Both the position numbers and the translations under genes were made by a program. Shown here piece by piece: positions 39,384 to 48,846 of a stretch of 64,000 nt of DNA. The stretch lies in the IMG/VR virus record IMGVR_UViG_3300042973_000021, positions 32,001-96,000 of that record; one strand, written 5' to 3'. The stretch comes from a virus (taxonomy: Duplodnaviria; Caudoviricetes). The stretch's first letter is position 1. Each line of letters starts with the position of its first letter. The notes beneath the pieces are model-generated. The model made no database searches and was not told the DNA's origin. It saw only the letters and a program-made list of their open reading frames with translations.

Positions 39384-40833
39384 GGGTTTGTCAAGTTAAG
39401 TGTGTAAGTCTTTTTAAATTATCTCGGATGGAATATTTTTCCACCCGAGATTTTTGGCTTTAGTACTCTTCATATTTCAGAAGCCGATCCTTCATTGACT
39501 CTTCCAGAAGCAGCTGATTCCGCACCATCGCCCAGTTAGATACCGGTCTGGTCCAACGCTTGTAAAGCTCGGTAATGCGAAGATAGAGAATCTTGAATAC
39601 GGCGTCTTCGCTTGGAAATGCGCCCTTTTTGGTCACTTTTCGGAAGCTGGAGTTTACTGATTCGATCGGGTTGGTGGTGTACATGACCTTCCTGACAGCG
39701 CTGCCATAGTCAAACAGCTGCTCGACGTGGTTCCAATTCCTGACCCAGACATCAACGGCTCCCGGATAGCTGCCTCCCCAGGTCTCCTTAAATCGGGCAA
39801 ATTCGGCCTGTGCCGCCTTTAAACTGGAGGCTCCGTAGATTTTCTTTAACTGTGCGGTAAAGCGCTTGTATTCTTTCGATGGAATGTACTTCACGGAATT
39901 CCGGATCAGATGGACAATGCACCGCTGGACCACCACGCCAGGGAAAATCGCTTTTGCACCTTCTTCCAGGCCAGAGACACCGTCCATACTGATGAACAGC
40001 ACATCTTCAACGCCGCGGCCCTTCAATTCATCAAAAATCTGCATCCAGCTGTGCTTGCCTTCAGTGTCCGTAATCCAGAGACCCAGGACATCTTTCATTC
40101 CGTTCACATCATAGCCAAGGATGACATAAACAGCGCATTCTTTCGCCTCATACTCCCTGCGGATGGTCACATACATGCAGTCCACGAAAAGGAATGTGTA
40201 GAACTTCTTGAGCGGTCTGTTCTGCCACTCGTCAACCTGATCCAGAACACGGTCCGTGATGTTGGAAACGGTTTCTGCTGAAATTTCAAAGCCATAGATG
40301 TCATCGATGGTCGCTTGGATATCTCTCTGGCTCATACCGCGGGCATACATAGCCAGAACCTTGTCCTCAATGCCGCTAACGTCTCTGGTCCGCTTTGGAA
40401 TTGTCTGTGGTTCAAAGGAGGCGTCACGATCACGTGGAACACTGACCGGTACTTCTCCAAACTTTGTTTTCACATTTTTCTGAATATATCCGTTTCGACG
40501 GTTGTCGGTAGACTTGCCTCCACGTTCATTGGATTTGTAACCGAGGTGGCTGTCCATCTCTCCCTGCAGCATGGCTTCGAACATAGGTCCGAAGATATCC
40601 TTCAGTGCATCCTGCATTTCATCAACATTTTTAGGCTGATATTCATCGATGATCTTCTGGGCGATCGTTCTTCCAGTATCGTTCTTATCGCGTTTTTTAC
40701 GTGTCATAGGTGCTGTATTCATCCTTTCAATTATTTCTTTCTACCATACCGCACTCTATGAAAAAGATAAAGTGCGTAAGTTACGTGTTTGAAATTAGTT
40801 ACCGGTAACTTACACACTTAATATTACACCCTC
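39384..40833 (-). mobile_element. IS256-family insertion sequence
   Basis: 26-bp imperfect inverted repeats ending TTAAGTGTGTAAGT; 8-bp target duplication TTCAATGA at 39376-39383 and 40834-40841. Confidence 0.9.
39460..40722 (-). CDS. IS256-family transposase
   Basis: RNGY, VPRDR, DG..G, QRC.VH..RN, YTTN.IES. Confidence 0.95.
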   Translation of the reverse strand: MNTAPMTRKKRDKNDTGRTIAQKIIDEYQPKNVDEMQDALKDIFGPMFEAMLQGEMDSHLGYKSNERGGKSTDNRRNGYIQKNVKTKFGEVPVSVPRDRDASFEPQTIPKRTRDVSGIEDKVLAMYARGMSQRDIQATIDDIYGFEISAETVSNITDRVLDQVDEWQNRPLKKFYTFLFVDCMYVTIRREYEAKECAVYVILGYDVNGMKDVLGLWITDTEGKHSWMQIFDELKGRGVEDVLFISMDGVSGLEEGAKAIFPGVVVQRCIVHLIRNSVKYIPSKEYKRFTAQLKKIYGASSLKAAQAEFARFKETWGGSYPGAVDVWVRNWNHVEQLFDYGSAVRKVMYTTNPIESVNSSFRKVTKKGAFPSEDAVFKILYLRITELYKRWTRPVSNWAMVRNQLLLEESMKDRLLKYEEY

Positions 40834-42303
40834 TTCAATGATTCCATTGACTAATGTCATCAGTAGCATGACTGCAGCTTCTGTTATTTGCGGTAATGCA
40901 GTGGTAAGCCCTTGAACCAGAGAAATAATAATCTGCGAAGCAATATCTACTACAATTGGCAACTGCTCAGATATAAACTGAACTGCTTCCTCTAAGATTC
41001 CTCCAAAAGCATCAATTAAGCCTTGAACACCGTCTTTTTCAAATGCTCCAGACAATTCATCGACCCAACCATTAACCATGGGAAGAACGGTACCGGAAAG
41101 CATAGTTGTTAAGCCTTCAGCAAGTTGGCCCTTCAATGAAGCAACACCATCTTCGAGAGTTGCCATCTGCCCAGAAAAGGTTTTTGACTGAGCTTCCATT
41201 GACCCATAGAAACGCCCACCTTCCGATGTAGCTGAGGCAAACGCTTCTGCGACCATATCTGCAGATATTGCCCCTTTGGACATTTCATCCTTAAGTTCAC
41301 CAATGGATTTTCCTGTCTTACGCGAGATCTCCTCTAGTGGGTTAAATCCTGCATTAATCATTTGCATCAAGTCCTGTCCGGTTAACTTACCAGTAGAGGA
41401 CATTTGTGCAAATGCCAGTGTCAGGCTTTTGAACTTCTCGGCATCTCCCTGAGATATATCACCCAGCTGCTTCATGCGTTTTTGAGCTTCTTCTGCAGAC
41501 ATACCAAAGCTCATAAGGGTTTGAGCTGATTGGGCAAGATCCTGCATTCCAAATGGTGTAGCTGCTGCTTCTTTTTTCAGATCATTAACCAGCTTTTGAG
41601 CTTTAGCCTCATCACCAAGCATGGTGGTAAAGGAAGCTGTGTAGTTTTCCATTTGAGCGTTGTACTCAACGCCATCTTTCATAGCGCCTATAAAGGCTTT
41701 TCCAATTCCCGCAATGGCTGAGCCTAAAGCTTTTACCCCACCAATTATGGCTTCTGATAACAAATTTGCTTTAAGTACATCTCCAAAAACAGAGGTTTTC
41801 TTGCTAGCATCATCCATTTCATCGCCAACATCATCAACATTATCTGCAAGTTCATTGGCTGCATCAGCGGCATCTTCCATGTTATCAGCACTATCATCTG
41901 TGGCGTCGGCATGGTCTCGTAGCGCTTTATGGTTATTTTCAAGTTCCCGCTCCATGCCATTAAGTTCAGCCAATGCTTTATTTAGTTGAATCTGCCAGTT
42001 TTGGGTTCTACGATCGTTTTCTCCAAAAGAAGTAGAGGCGTTATCTAGGGCAGCACGTAGTGTCTCTATTTTTTCTTTTTGTGCATCAATGGATTTTTCT
42101 AATACTTCATTTCTTGCAGTTAAGGCTTGGATGGATTTATCGTTTTTATCAAACTGGGAACTGACTAGAGCCATCTCACTACCTAATACTTTAAATGCTT
42201 GGTTAATGTCACGAAGTGCATTTTTGAATTCCTTTTCGCCTTCCACTCCGATTTTTAAACCAAAATTATCTGCCAAGATTACCGCCTCCTTTCTTTTGAA
42301 AGA

Positions 42304-42513
42304 TCAAATACCATAAGGAATAATGTCATCGATGTAAATCTTCCGTTTTGGTTTGGACATTCCAAGAAACTGCTTATGGCACTCCCATAAATCCATAAGC
42401 AAGCCAATAGGTGTAAGCCATGTTTCCTCTTCGGTACGATTTAAATGAACTGTCCCGTAATATAAAAGCCGGGTAAAGAGTTCATTCTCGTTTACCCGGT
42501 TTAAACGTTTTTT
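42304..42513 (-). CDS. Tail assembly chaperone -1 frameshift extension (lambda gpGT-like)
   Basis: Slippery A AAA AAC at 42513-42507, 7-nt spacer, 9-bp stem; -1 frame open to TGA at 42304. Confidence 0.8.
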   Translation of the reverse strand, partial: KKRLNRVNENELFTRLLYYGTVHLNRTEEETWLTPIGLLMDLWECHKQFLGMSKPKRKIYIDDIIPYGI

Positions 42514-42875
42514 GAGTCATCTTCAGATTCTACATTTCTCTTGGTTCCCTTAAACATTGCTTCTGTCAAAGCATTCTTATAAGTAGCTAGTTCCAAAGGA
42601 GATGTGAGAAGTTCAACTTCTTCTTGAGTAAGCAGCGGCTTTTTGTTATCTGGATTTCGAAGGTTGTGAATGAGTAGGCTCTGATTGGCCATTAAAGTTA
42701 TCAGCCAGACTATTTCATCCAGTGCCATTTCGAAGTTCTCAGACTTCAGTAATTTCTCACCCAAATTTTCAAGACCGCCATATCTCCCAGCAATTTCTTT
42801 TGTGGCTTTAGTGGTAAGAATAAGCTCATACTCCTGCCCGCCAATATTGATCTTTGCACTTCTTTCGTTATCCAT
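42501..42875 (-). CDS. Tail assembly chaperone (gpG-like)
   Basis: Lies between the major tail and tape measure genes; ends at the slippery site. Confidence 0.8.
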   Translation of the reverse strand: MDNERSAKINIGGQEYELILTTKATKEIAGRYGGLENLGEKLLKSENFEMALDEIVWLITLMANQSLLIHNLRNPDNKKPLLTQEEVELLTSPLELATYKNALTEAMFKGTKRNVESEDDSKNV

Positions 42876-42887
42876 TCCAATCCCCCC

Positions 42888-43490
42888 TTATTCTCCACTT
42901 CCGCCAGAAGCAGCAAATGTAGGCTCATACACTTCGCTATACCAACCATTAATAATTGCCTGGGTTACGCCCTCATCACCCTCGTTTACTTCTGCTTTCC
43001 ATGGATGCTTACCCTGACCATCCAGCTTATTTCTACGAAGTACTGTTCCTTCAATGGTCGGAGTTGAGAAAGTAATACTATCACCTTTGGTCGCCAAGTT
43101 TGTTGCAGGAATTCCAAACTTCACACGATACAGCCAAAAGTATCGGTATTTACCGTTTGCCTTTTGTGCTCTAAAGCCAATTGCAACAGGAGCCCCGCCA
43201 TCCTCACTGGTTGAAATGAGTACATGGTTGTCATCAATGGTTGCTCCTGTTAAATCTCCTGCAGCTGTTACCCCTATATCATCAATACCGAGAGTAAGGG
43301 TACCACTTTTAAATTCTTTGACAATTTCAGCGGCACCATCATCGGCATAAAGAGTGGCCTCAGCAAGCTCAACGGAAAGTTCTGCACTGATTGCTTTTGC
43401 TAGCGGCATCGGTGTATCATAGGTTTCATCACCGTTGTCATCTTCGGTGATTTTTGCATAATAAAGTCTATCCAGACCGATTGTAGCCAT
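42888..43490 (-). CDS. Major tail protein
   Basis: IGL..LYYA, LYADDG, GFRA.K.NG..RYFW; AGGAGG RBS. Confidence 0.88.
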   Translation of the reverse strand: MATIGLDRLYYAKITEDDNGDETYDTPMPLAKAISAELSVELAEATLYADDGAAEIVKEFKSGTLTLGIDDIGVTAAGDLTGATIDDNHVLISTSEDGGAPVAIGFRAQKANGKYRYFWLYRVKFGIPATNLATKGDSITFSTPTIEGTVLRRNKLDGQGKHPWKAEVNEGDEGVTQAIINGWYSEVYEPTFAASGGSGE

Positions 43491-43669
43491 GTTTTATTCC
43501 TCCTCGTATAGTAAGTTTAGAATCCTCTTTCGAGGTAATTTCCAGTTCGTTTATTGCTCTTTGATAACTTCATAGATGGTAGTTCAGATAGTGGGGGGCT
43601 AGCCCCCCATTATCTGAAAATTCTTGGGTTGGACTTTTCGGGATGTCCCTAGATAATGGTCTTAGGATC

Positions 43670-43855
43670 GTTTGGGGAAATTCTTTCTCCTCCTGTAGCT
43701 TTGACTACTAAAAAAGTCTGTTTCCCCAGCTCTTGTTTGAACTTCTAACCCGCAGGCCGTTCCCTTTGGCAGCCCATGCTGGAAGTTGCAGCTTCCAGGC
43801 AGCTCATGGACCAAAGTGAGTTCTAATACGCGAGGGTGATTGACCGACAAGTGCG
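43670..43855 (+). ncRNA. Putative IS110 bridge RNA (target- and donor-binding loops)
   Basis: Stem TGGGGAAA/TTTCCCCA encloses TCCTCCT and AAAAG, matching the target; second loop carries CCGCAGG and ATACG, matching the donor junction. Confidence 0.7.
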
Positions 43856-43913
43856 CTGGGGGTATCCCGAAGAGTCCTTCCCCTGATCCTAAAATGAAAG
43901 GAGGTTAACCCCA

Positions 43914-45143
43914 ATGAAACTATTTGTTGGAATAGACGTTAGCTCTCAGGATATGAAAGCTTGTGTCATGAATTTTGCAGGAGAAGCATTAACTGCTTTC
44001 ACTGTTGAAAACAACTTAACAGGGGCATCTTATCTGAGAGATCAGATTGTCAAGATAGCCCAAAAAAACTCAATTTCCGAGATTCAAATCGGAATGGAGG
44101 CCACATCTGTTTACAGTTGGCATCCAGCTATGTTTTTTCATGAAGATGAATCTCTTAGGGAATTTAATACTAAAGTCTTTACCATTAACCCAAAACTGAT
44201 AAAAAAGTTTAAAGAGTCCTACGTTGATCTGGATAAAACAGACCAAGTCGATGCTTGGATTATTGCGGATCGACTAAGGTTTGGACGTCTTCCACTAACG
44301 GCGGTCATGCAGGAACAATTTATTGCCCTTCAAAGAGTGACAAGAATGAGGTACCATCTCGTTCACGATTTGACACGGGAAAAACAGTATTTCCTTCAAC
44401 ATCTCTTTTACAAGTGCAGTTCCTTTACGACCGAAGTGGACAGCTCAGTGTTTGGAAATGCCATGCTAGAGCTATTCCAAGAGCAATATAGCTTAGATGA
44501 AATTTGCTCAATGGATCTTCAGGAACTTGCTAGTTATCTTCAGGAAAAGGGCAAACGTCGTTTTACAGACGCCGAATGTGTGGCGAAGTCCATTCAAAAG
44601 GCTGCGCGGTCTTCCTATCGACTATCGAAGTGTGTGGAAGATTCCATCGACCTTTTGTTAGCGACTTCTATTGAGTCCATCCGTAGTACTACTAAACAGA
44701 TCAAGGAATTGGACAAGGCCATCCAGAAGATTATAGACGGTATTCCTAATACCCTGCAGACGATTCCTGGAATAGGACCGGTCTACTGCGCTGGTATCTT
44801 AGCTGAAATTGGACAAATTGACCGGTTTAGTGACCAAGCATCAATTGCCAAATATGCTGGATTAACTTGGTCAAAGCATCAATCAGGAAAGTTTCAAGCT
44901 GAGGAAACCAAAATGATACGCTCAGGTAATCGTTATCTTCGTTATTACCTTGTTGAAGCTGCCAACTCGGTACAACGGTGTGAACCTGAATTTAGGGCAT
45001 ACTACCTGAAAAAGTATCATGAGGTTCCCAAGCACCAACACAAAAGAGCACTCGTCTTAACCGCAAGAAAACTTGTGCGTCTGATCGATGCGCTGCTACG
45101 CAACGATCAAGTCTACACGCCAAGAAGGAAGGTGAATAACTAA
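43914..45143 (+). CDS. IS110-family DEDD recombinase/transposase
   Basis: VGIDVS, MEATS, KTDQVDA, IPGIG, QSG, GN.YLR. Confidence 0.95.
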   Translation: MKLFVGIDVSSQDMKACVMNFAGEALTAFTVENNLTGASYLRDQIVKIAQKNSISEIQIGMEATSVYSWHPAMFFHEDESLREFNTKVFTINPKLIKKFKESYVDLDKTDQVDAWIIADRLRFGRLPLTAVMQEQFIALQRVTRMRYHLVHDLTREKQYFLQHLFYKCSSFTTEVDSSVFGNAMLELFQEQYSLDEICSMDLQELASYLQEKGKRRFTDAECVAKSIQKAARSSYRLSKCVEDSIDLLLATSIESIRSTTKQIKELDKAIQKIIDGIPNTLQTIPGIGPVYCAGILAEIGQIDRFSDQASIAKYAGLTWSKHQSGKFQAEETKMIRSGNRYLRYYLVEAANSVQRCEPEFRAYYLKKYHEVPKHQHKRALVLTARKLVRLIDALLRNDQVYTPRRKVNN

Positions 45144-45256
45144 GGGATGAGATATCCTAAATCCTTCAATTATTTCCAGTAAATGGATGGAAATTTTACT
45201 GGGTTTCTTTAGTATTGCCTTTTTTAGATGCTGGTGGGTTTAAAATTTCCAATTCC

Positions 45257-45634
45257 TTAGATTTTTGGGCTTGACATATTACCGCAGGACTTTTCCAATT
45301 GAAATTCATATGGTTTAGCCACATCTATGGCATAATGGTGATAATCGGTATCATCCTCATGTCCGATGTATCGACGATCCGTTATCGTAAAATCCGCACC
45401 TAGAAGAGTGCGGACAATGGCATTTTTTATAGCTGTATAACTGCCTTTCACAAATAAGGAAAGTCTGGCTTCCTGTACTTCATATCCCGGTGTGTTATCC
45501 GCATGAACCTCAAACAAATCAATAAGAGGTGTAATCACAAGATAAGTATCAGGAGGAACACCAGAAAATCTTCCTGTTTCTACTGGGATACCGCACAATT
45601 CTGCTATGAGATTAAGCTCATTTAATATACTCAT
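45257..45634 (-). CDS. Tail completion/terminator-like protein; C-terminus altered by IS110
   Basis: Position between the HK97 gp10-like gene and the major tail gene. Confidence 0.7.
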   Translation of the reverse strand: MSILNELNLIAELCGIPVETGRFSGVPPDTYLVITPLIDLFEVHADNTPGYEVQEARLSLFVKGSYTAIKNAIVRTLLGADFTITDRRYIGHEDDTDYHHYAIDVAKPYEFQLEKSCGNMSSPKI

Positions 45635-46062
45635 AAGTTTTCGACCTCCTGCTCAAACATCTTCTTCATAGCGTCAATACATGCTTTTCTTGAAGCCCTT
45701 CTTGCAGGCTTTAAAAATGGTTTTGGTGGCTGACCCGATTTTCCATATTCGATGATATTGGCAATCTTAGCGTTACTTTCGCCGCTTCTTCGTGGCTCCT
45801 TAAAACCTATCTTCACGTTGAAATTGCCATTCCAGTCCACTTTAGCGGGAGAAAGACCCAACGAACTAATCAGTTCTCCTGTAGACCGACTTTTTTCTTT
45901 TGTTCCACTACCAACTATAGCTTGCAAATTAGATCTAACCTTTTCCAAAACGATTTCCCCGCCTGACTCAAGTACCTTTGGGATGATTTCATCCGTCTTA
46001 TCGCCAAGCTTTGAAAGCTTTAAAAGAAAATCCTCAGGCATTTTTACTTGTAACTTAGCCAC
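45631..46062 (-). CDS. HK97 gp10-family protein
   Basis: TG.L..S, EYG.S.QP.KPF.KPA. Confidence 0.85.
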   Translation of the reverse strand: MAKLQVKMPEDFLLKLSKLGDKTDEIIPKVLESGGEIVLEKVRSNLQAIVGSGTKEKSRSTGELISSLGLSPAKVDWNGNFNVKIGFKEPRRSGESNAKIANIIEYGKSGQPPKPFLKPARRASRKACIDAMKKMFEQEVENL

Positions 46063-46390
46063 TTGACCCCACCACCTTTTTTGCCAAGGCTTCAATATAC
46101 ATGCCTCGACCTTTTACATCTTCAACATTTGTAATCTCATAGCGGCCATCATTACACACAATCACCATATTGGTAGATACCTCAACATCAGGTATCTTAC
46201 GAAAACAAAACAGAGCAGTTGCTTCAGAAAATGCCGCTCGGTTAGCCCACTTTTCATTTCCATGACGATCTTCCTTATAAGCACGAACGGAAGCGAGGAT
46301 GGTGTCCTTAGATTTACCAAAGCCTTCACTGTCTTTCGTTCTTTCAACAAAAATGAGATCGATAAAGGTATTCATTTTTCCAAAACTCAT
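46055..46390 (-). CDS. Head-tail adaptor (head closure)
   Basis: KD.EGF, GRY.I..VEDVKGR; gene position. Confidence 0.8.
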   Translation of the reverse strand: MSFGKMNTFIDLIFVERTKDSEGFGKSKDTILASVRAYKEDRHGNEKWANRAAFSEATALFCFRKIPDVEVSTNMVIVCNDGRYEITNVEDVKGRGMYIEALAKKVVGSSG

Positions 46391-46393
46391 ACT

Positions 46394-46711
46394 CTACACC
46401 TTCCAATCCCGGTCAAGCCTGAGCAGTAAATTTACAGTGTTCCAAACCTGCTGGCCTGCCTACACGTTATCAGCAAAAAAGCCGCCAGTGCTACCATCCC
46501 TACTTTCATAGAAGTGAGATGACAACATAATGACGGCCTGCTCGGTAGTTGGCGGCATTGTGTTCTCATTATAATGACCTTCCGGTACATGCTGATAACT
46601 CTCGGCATATGCGATAGCGGTGGTGATGTACATCTGAAGAAGTTCATCATCGCGATCGTGCTCAAGAATTAGATTTGCTTTAACTTTTTCTAAAAGTGTC
46701 ATCACCATCAC
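46394..46711 (-). pseudogene. Head-tail connector (gp6-like) with probable premature TAG
   Basis: LEKVKANL.L.H..DD.LL...HFYESR. TAG at 46462-46460, after which the frame continues AGQQVWNTVNLLLRLDRDWKV to a stop 3 nt before the next gene. Confidence 0.7.
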
Positions 46712-46719
46712 TATCCTTT

Positions 46720-46938
46720 CTAAGGTGTATCTCCATTCATGATTCCTGCAGTTTTCAGCTTACTGAGCAAGGCATTAAAGTCCGTCACTAGAGCTTCTAC
46801 AGTATCCGCAGTGCTTGCCGGTTGATTTTCAAGAACAGGGAGCCCAGTTACTTTGGCTCCCTCTTCAATGACAAGTTCTCCACCAATAACAGTTTTTTCT
46901 CCACCTTGTTCGGTGTAGTTCTTTGCGTTATAGCTCAT
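46720..46938 (-). CDS. Small head-associated (head fibre-like) protein
   Basis: NYTEQGG..TVIGG.L, DFNALL.KLK.AG; GGAGGT RBS. Confidence 0.65.
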   Translation of the reverse strand: MSYNAKNYTEQGGEKTVIGGELVIEEGAKVTGLPVLENQPASTADTVEALVTDFNALLSKLKTAGIMNGDTP

Positions 46939-46953
46939 AATTTGCACCTCCCA

Positions 46954-48159
46954 TTAAGCTTTCTGCTGAAGAACTTTGATGGCTTCAGGTAAAATGAGCT
47001 TTCCATCTACACGCTGGCTCGCAAGGAAACCAACCTGCCCAGTAGTTGCAAAAAGCTCGTTTAAACGTTTGAAAGAACGCCCCTGTCTGTCAGCAATCCA
47101 ATAGTATCCGAAATCACCGAAGGCAATCGTCTTTGCTCCGGCTTCAATAATAGGAGCATAAGCAGAAGTGTAAACCGGACGATTCAGCAACGTATCTGGA
47201 GTACCTGCTGTTAAAGAAGGCTGCCACAGATATTGACCTTGACCATCTTTCAGTTTACGGATTGCTTTTACTGTTGCATCATTCATCAAGAATACTGCGT
47301 TCTTTCTGTAAGGAGCCTTTAGGGAATAAACAAGATCGATAATCTCATCTGCCGTAATGGCAGTTGCAGACCCGGCTGTCACTCCAAGCTGTGCACCACC
47401 AGTAGCGTTGAAAATTCCTGTAGGTTTCCCATCTGCATCTCCAACTAAAAAAGCTTCTTCTTCCTTAGCACCGATTCTACGGGCAAATTCAGTGGAGATA
47501 TAATTCTCCAGATCAAATACACTGTCATTGAGAAGTTCATCAGAAACTTTAATCATTGTACCCAGCTTATAGGCACCGATAGATGTCTGGCCAAATACAG
47601 AATCGCTCTCATCAAACTCCTCACCTTCATCAAGCCAAGCCGCTGTACCCTTAGTCACAACAACAGGGATTTTGCGGTCACCGCTTGAAGTCTGAATAAT
47701 TTTTGCCAGTTTACGGAATACATTCTCTTCCTCAAGGGTTTGAACTAAAGTACGCTCAAATTCATCAGGAACAAGATATCCTCCCTCTGAATCAGTGCCT
47801 ACAGACAAAGCATTTAGCACATCATGACGAGGATTTTTGCTACGCATTACGTTCCAGAATGCCTTTCTGTACTCATCACTGGCTCTTCCGGTCTTTGTAT
47901 CCATCCCCGGAATAGCTGGTTTTTCGGTAAGAGGTGTGTTTACAGGCTTATTAAGCTCTGCTTCAAGAGCTTCTTGGCGCTCCAATCTTGCGATTTCCTT
48001 ACCCAGATTAATAATATCTGCTTCCATTTTGTCGTAGGTTGCGGCATCCTCTGCGGACACAAGTCCATCACTACCACGCTTTGAATCAAGAAATGCCTTT
48101 GCTGCTTCCCATGCTTTTGCGCGCTTTTCACGCAGTTCAAGAATTTTACTCATTTTCAT
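46954..48159 (-). CDS. HK97-fold major capsid protein
   Basis: GGYLVP, S.ELL.DS, LKD..G.YLW, FGDF, RVDG. Confidence 0.93.
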   Translation of the reverse strand: MKMSKILELREKRAKAWEAAKAFLDSKRGSDGLVSAEDAATYDKMEADIINLGKEIARLERQEALEAELNKPVNTPLTEKPAIPGMDTKTGRASDEYRKAFWNVMRSKNPRHDVLNALSVGTDSEGGYLVPDEFERTLVQTLEEENVFRKLAKIIQTSSGDRKIPVVVTKGTAAWLDEGEEFDESDSVFGQTSIGAYKLGTMIKVSDELLNDSVFDLENYISTEFARRIGAKEEEAFLVGDADGKPTGIFNATGGAQLGVTAGSATAITADEIIDLVYSLKAPYRKNAVFLMNDATVKAIRKLKDGQGQYLWQPSLTAGTPDTLLNRPVYTSAYAPIIEAGAKTIAFGDFGYYWIADRQGRSFKRLNELFATTGQVGFLASQRVDGKLILPEAIKVLQQKA

Positions 48160-48165
48160 TCCCTC

Positions 48166-48846
48166 CTAATATTTCAATAAATTAAGCCGCTCATAAAGCG
48201 ATTCGGCTGACTGTTTTACAACTGGTTTTTGAAGCTTATTCATTAGTGAATTGGTCACTGCTCTTCTGCTGAAGACAAAGCTATCTTGTAGTGCACTCTC
48301 TCCTGGTTTGAACATAATGTCATCTGCAAAACCAAGCTCGACTGCCTTATTTGCATTTAGCCAAGTTTCAGCATCCATCAGGTGAGATAACCTTGTTCTA
48401 GACAAACCGGTTTTAAGTTCATAAGCGTTGATGATACTTTCCTTAACTTCATCCAGCATCTGCATTGCCTTTTGCATCTCCTCGCTATCGCCAATGGCTA
48501 TGGTGAAAGGATTATGGATCATCATCAGTGATGTTGGAGACATTAAAACTTCTGTACCTGCCATGGCAATGACCGAGGCGGCTGATGCTGCGATGCCATC
48601 AATCTTTATGGTGACATTGCCTTTATAATCCATCAGCATGTTGTAAATCTGTGATGCTGCGATACAATCACCACCAGGTGAATTAATCCAAACTACTATG
48701 TCACCCTCGCCACTCATTAGCTCTGCTTTAAAAGCAGCAGGAGTAATATCATCATCAAACCAACTCTCCTCAGCAATTGCACCGTTTAGATAGAGGGTCC
48801 GTGACTGTGTATCTTCATCACGCACCCAATTCCAAAATTTCTTCAT
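48166..48846 (-). CDS. ClpP-like head maturation protease
   Basis: INSPGG, AASAAS, MIHNP, ETW..A..AVELGFAD. Confidence 0.92.
   Translation of the reverse strand: MKKFWNWVRDEDTQSRTLYLNGAIAEESWFDDDITPAAFKAELMSGEGDIVVWINSPGGDCIAASQIYNMLMDYKGNVTIKIDGIAASAASVIAMAGTEVLMSPTSLMMIHNPFTIAIGDSEEMQKAMQMLDEVKESIINAYELKTGLSRTRLSHLMDAETWLNANKAVELGFADDIMFKPGESALQDSFVFSRRAVTNSLMNKLQKPVVKQSAESLYERLNLLKY

Larger units (their letters stand above)
38260..42276 (-). pseudogene. Tape measure protein interrupted by IS256
   Basis: Halves at 40810-42276 and 38260-39342. Removing 1458 bp restores an 852-aa frame (...NGIIETLPALITAGIQMIGT...). Confidence 0.9.
43505..45291 (+). mobile_element. IS110-family element with CT core and long left non-coding end
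   Basis: CT at 43503-43504 and 45290-45291; no terminal inverted repeats; excision restores the ...QLEKEE* tail gene end; circle junction forms TTGACA-17-TATAGT. Confidence 0.85.
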
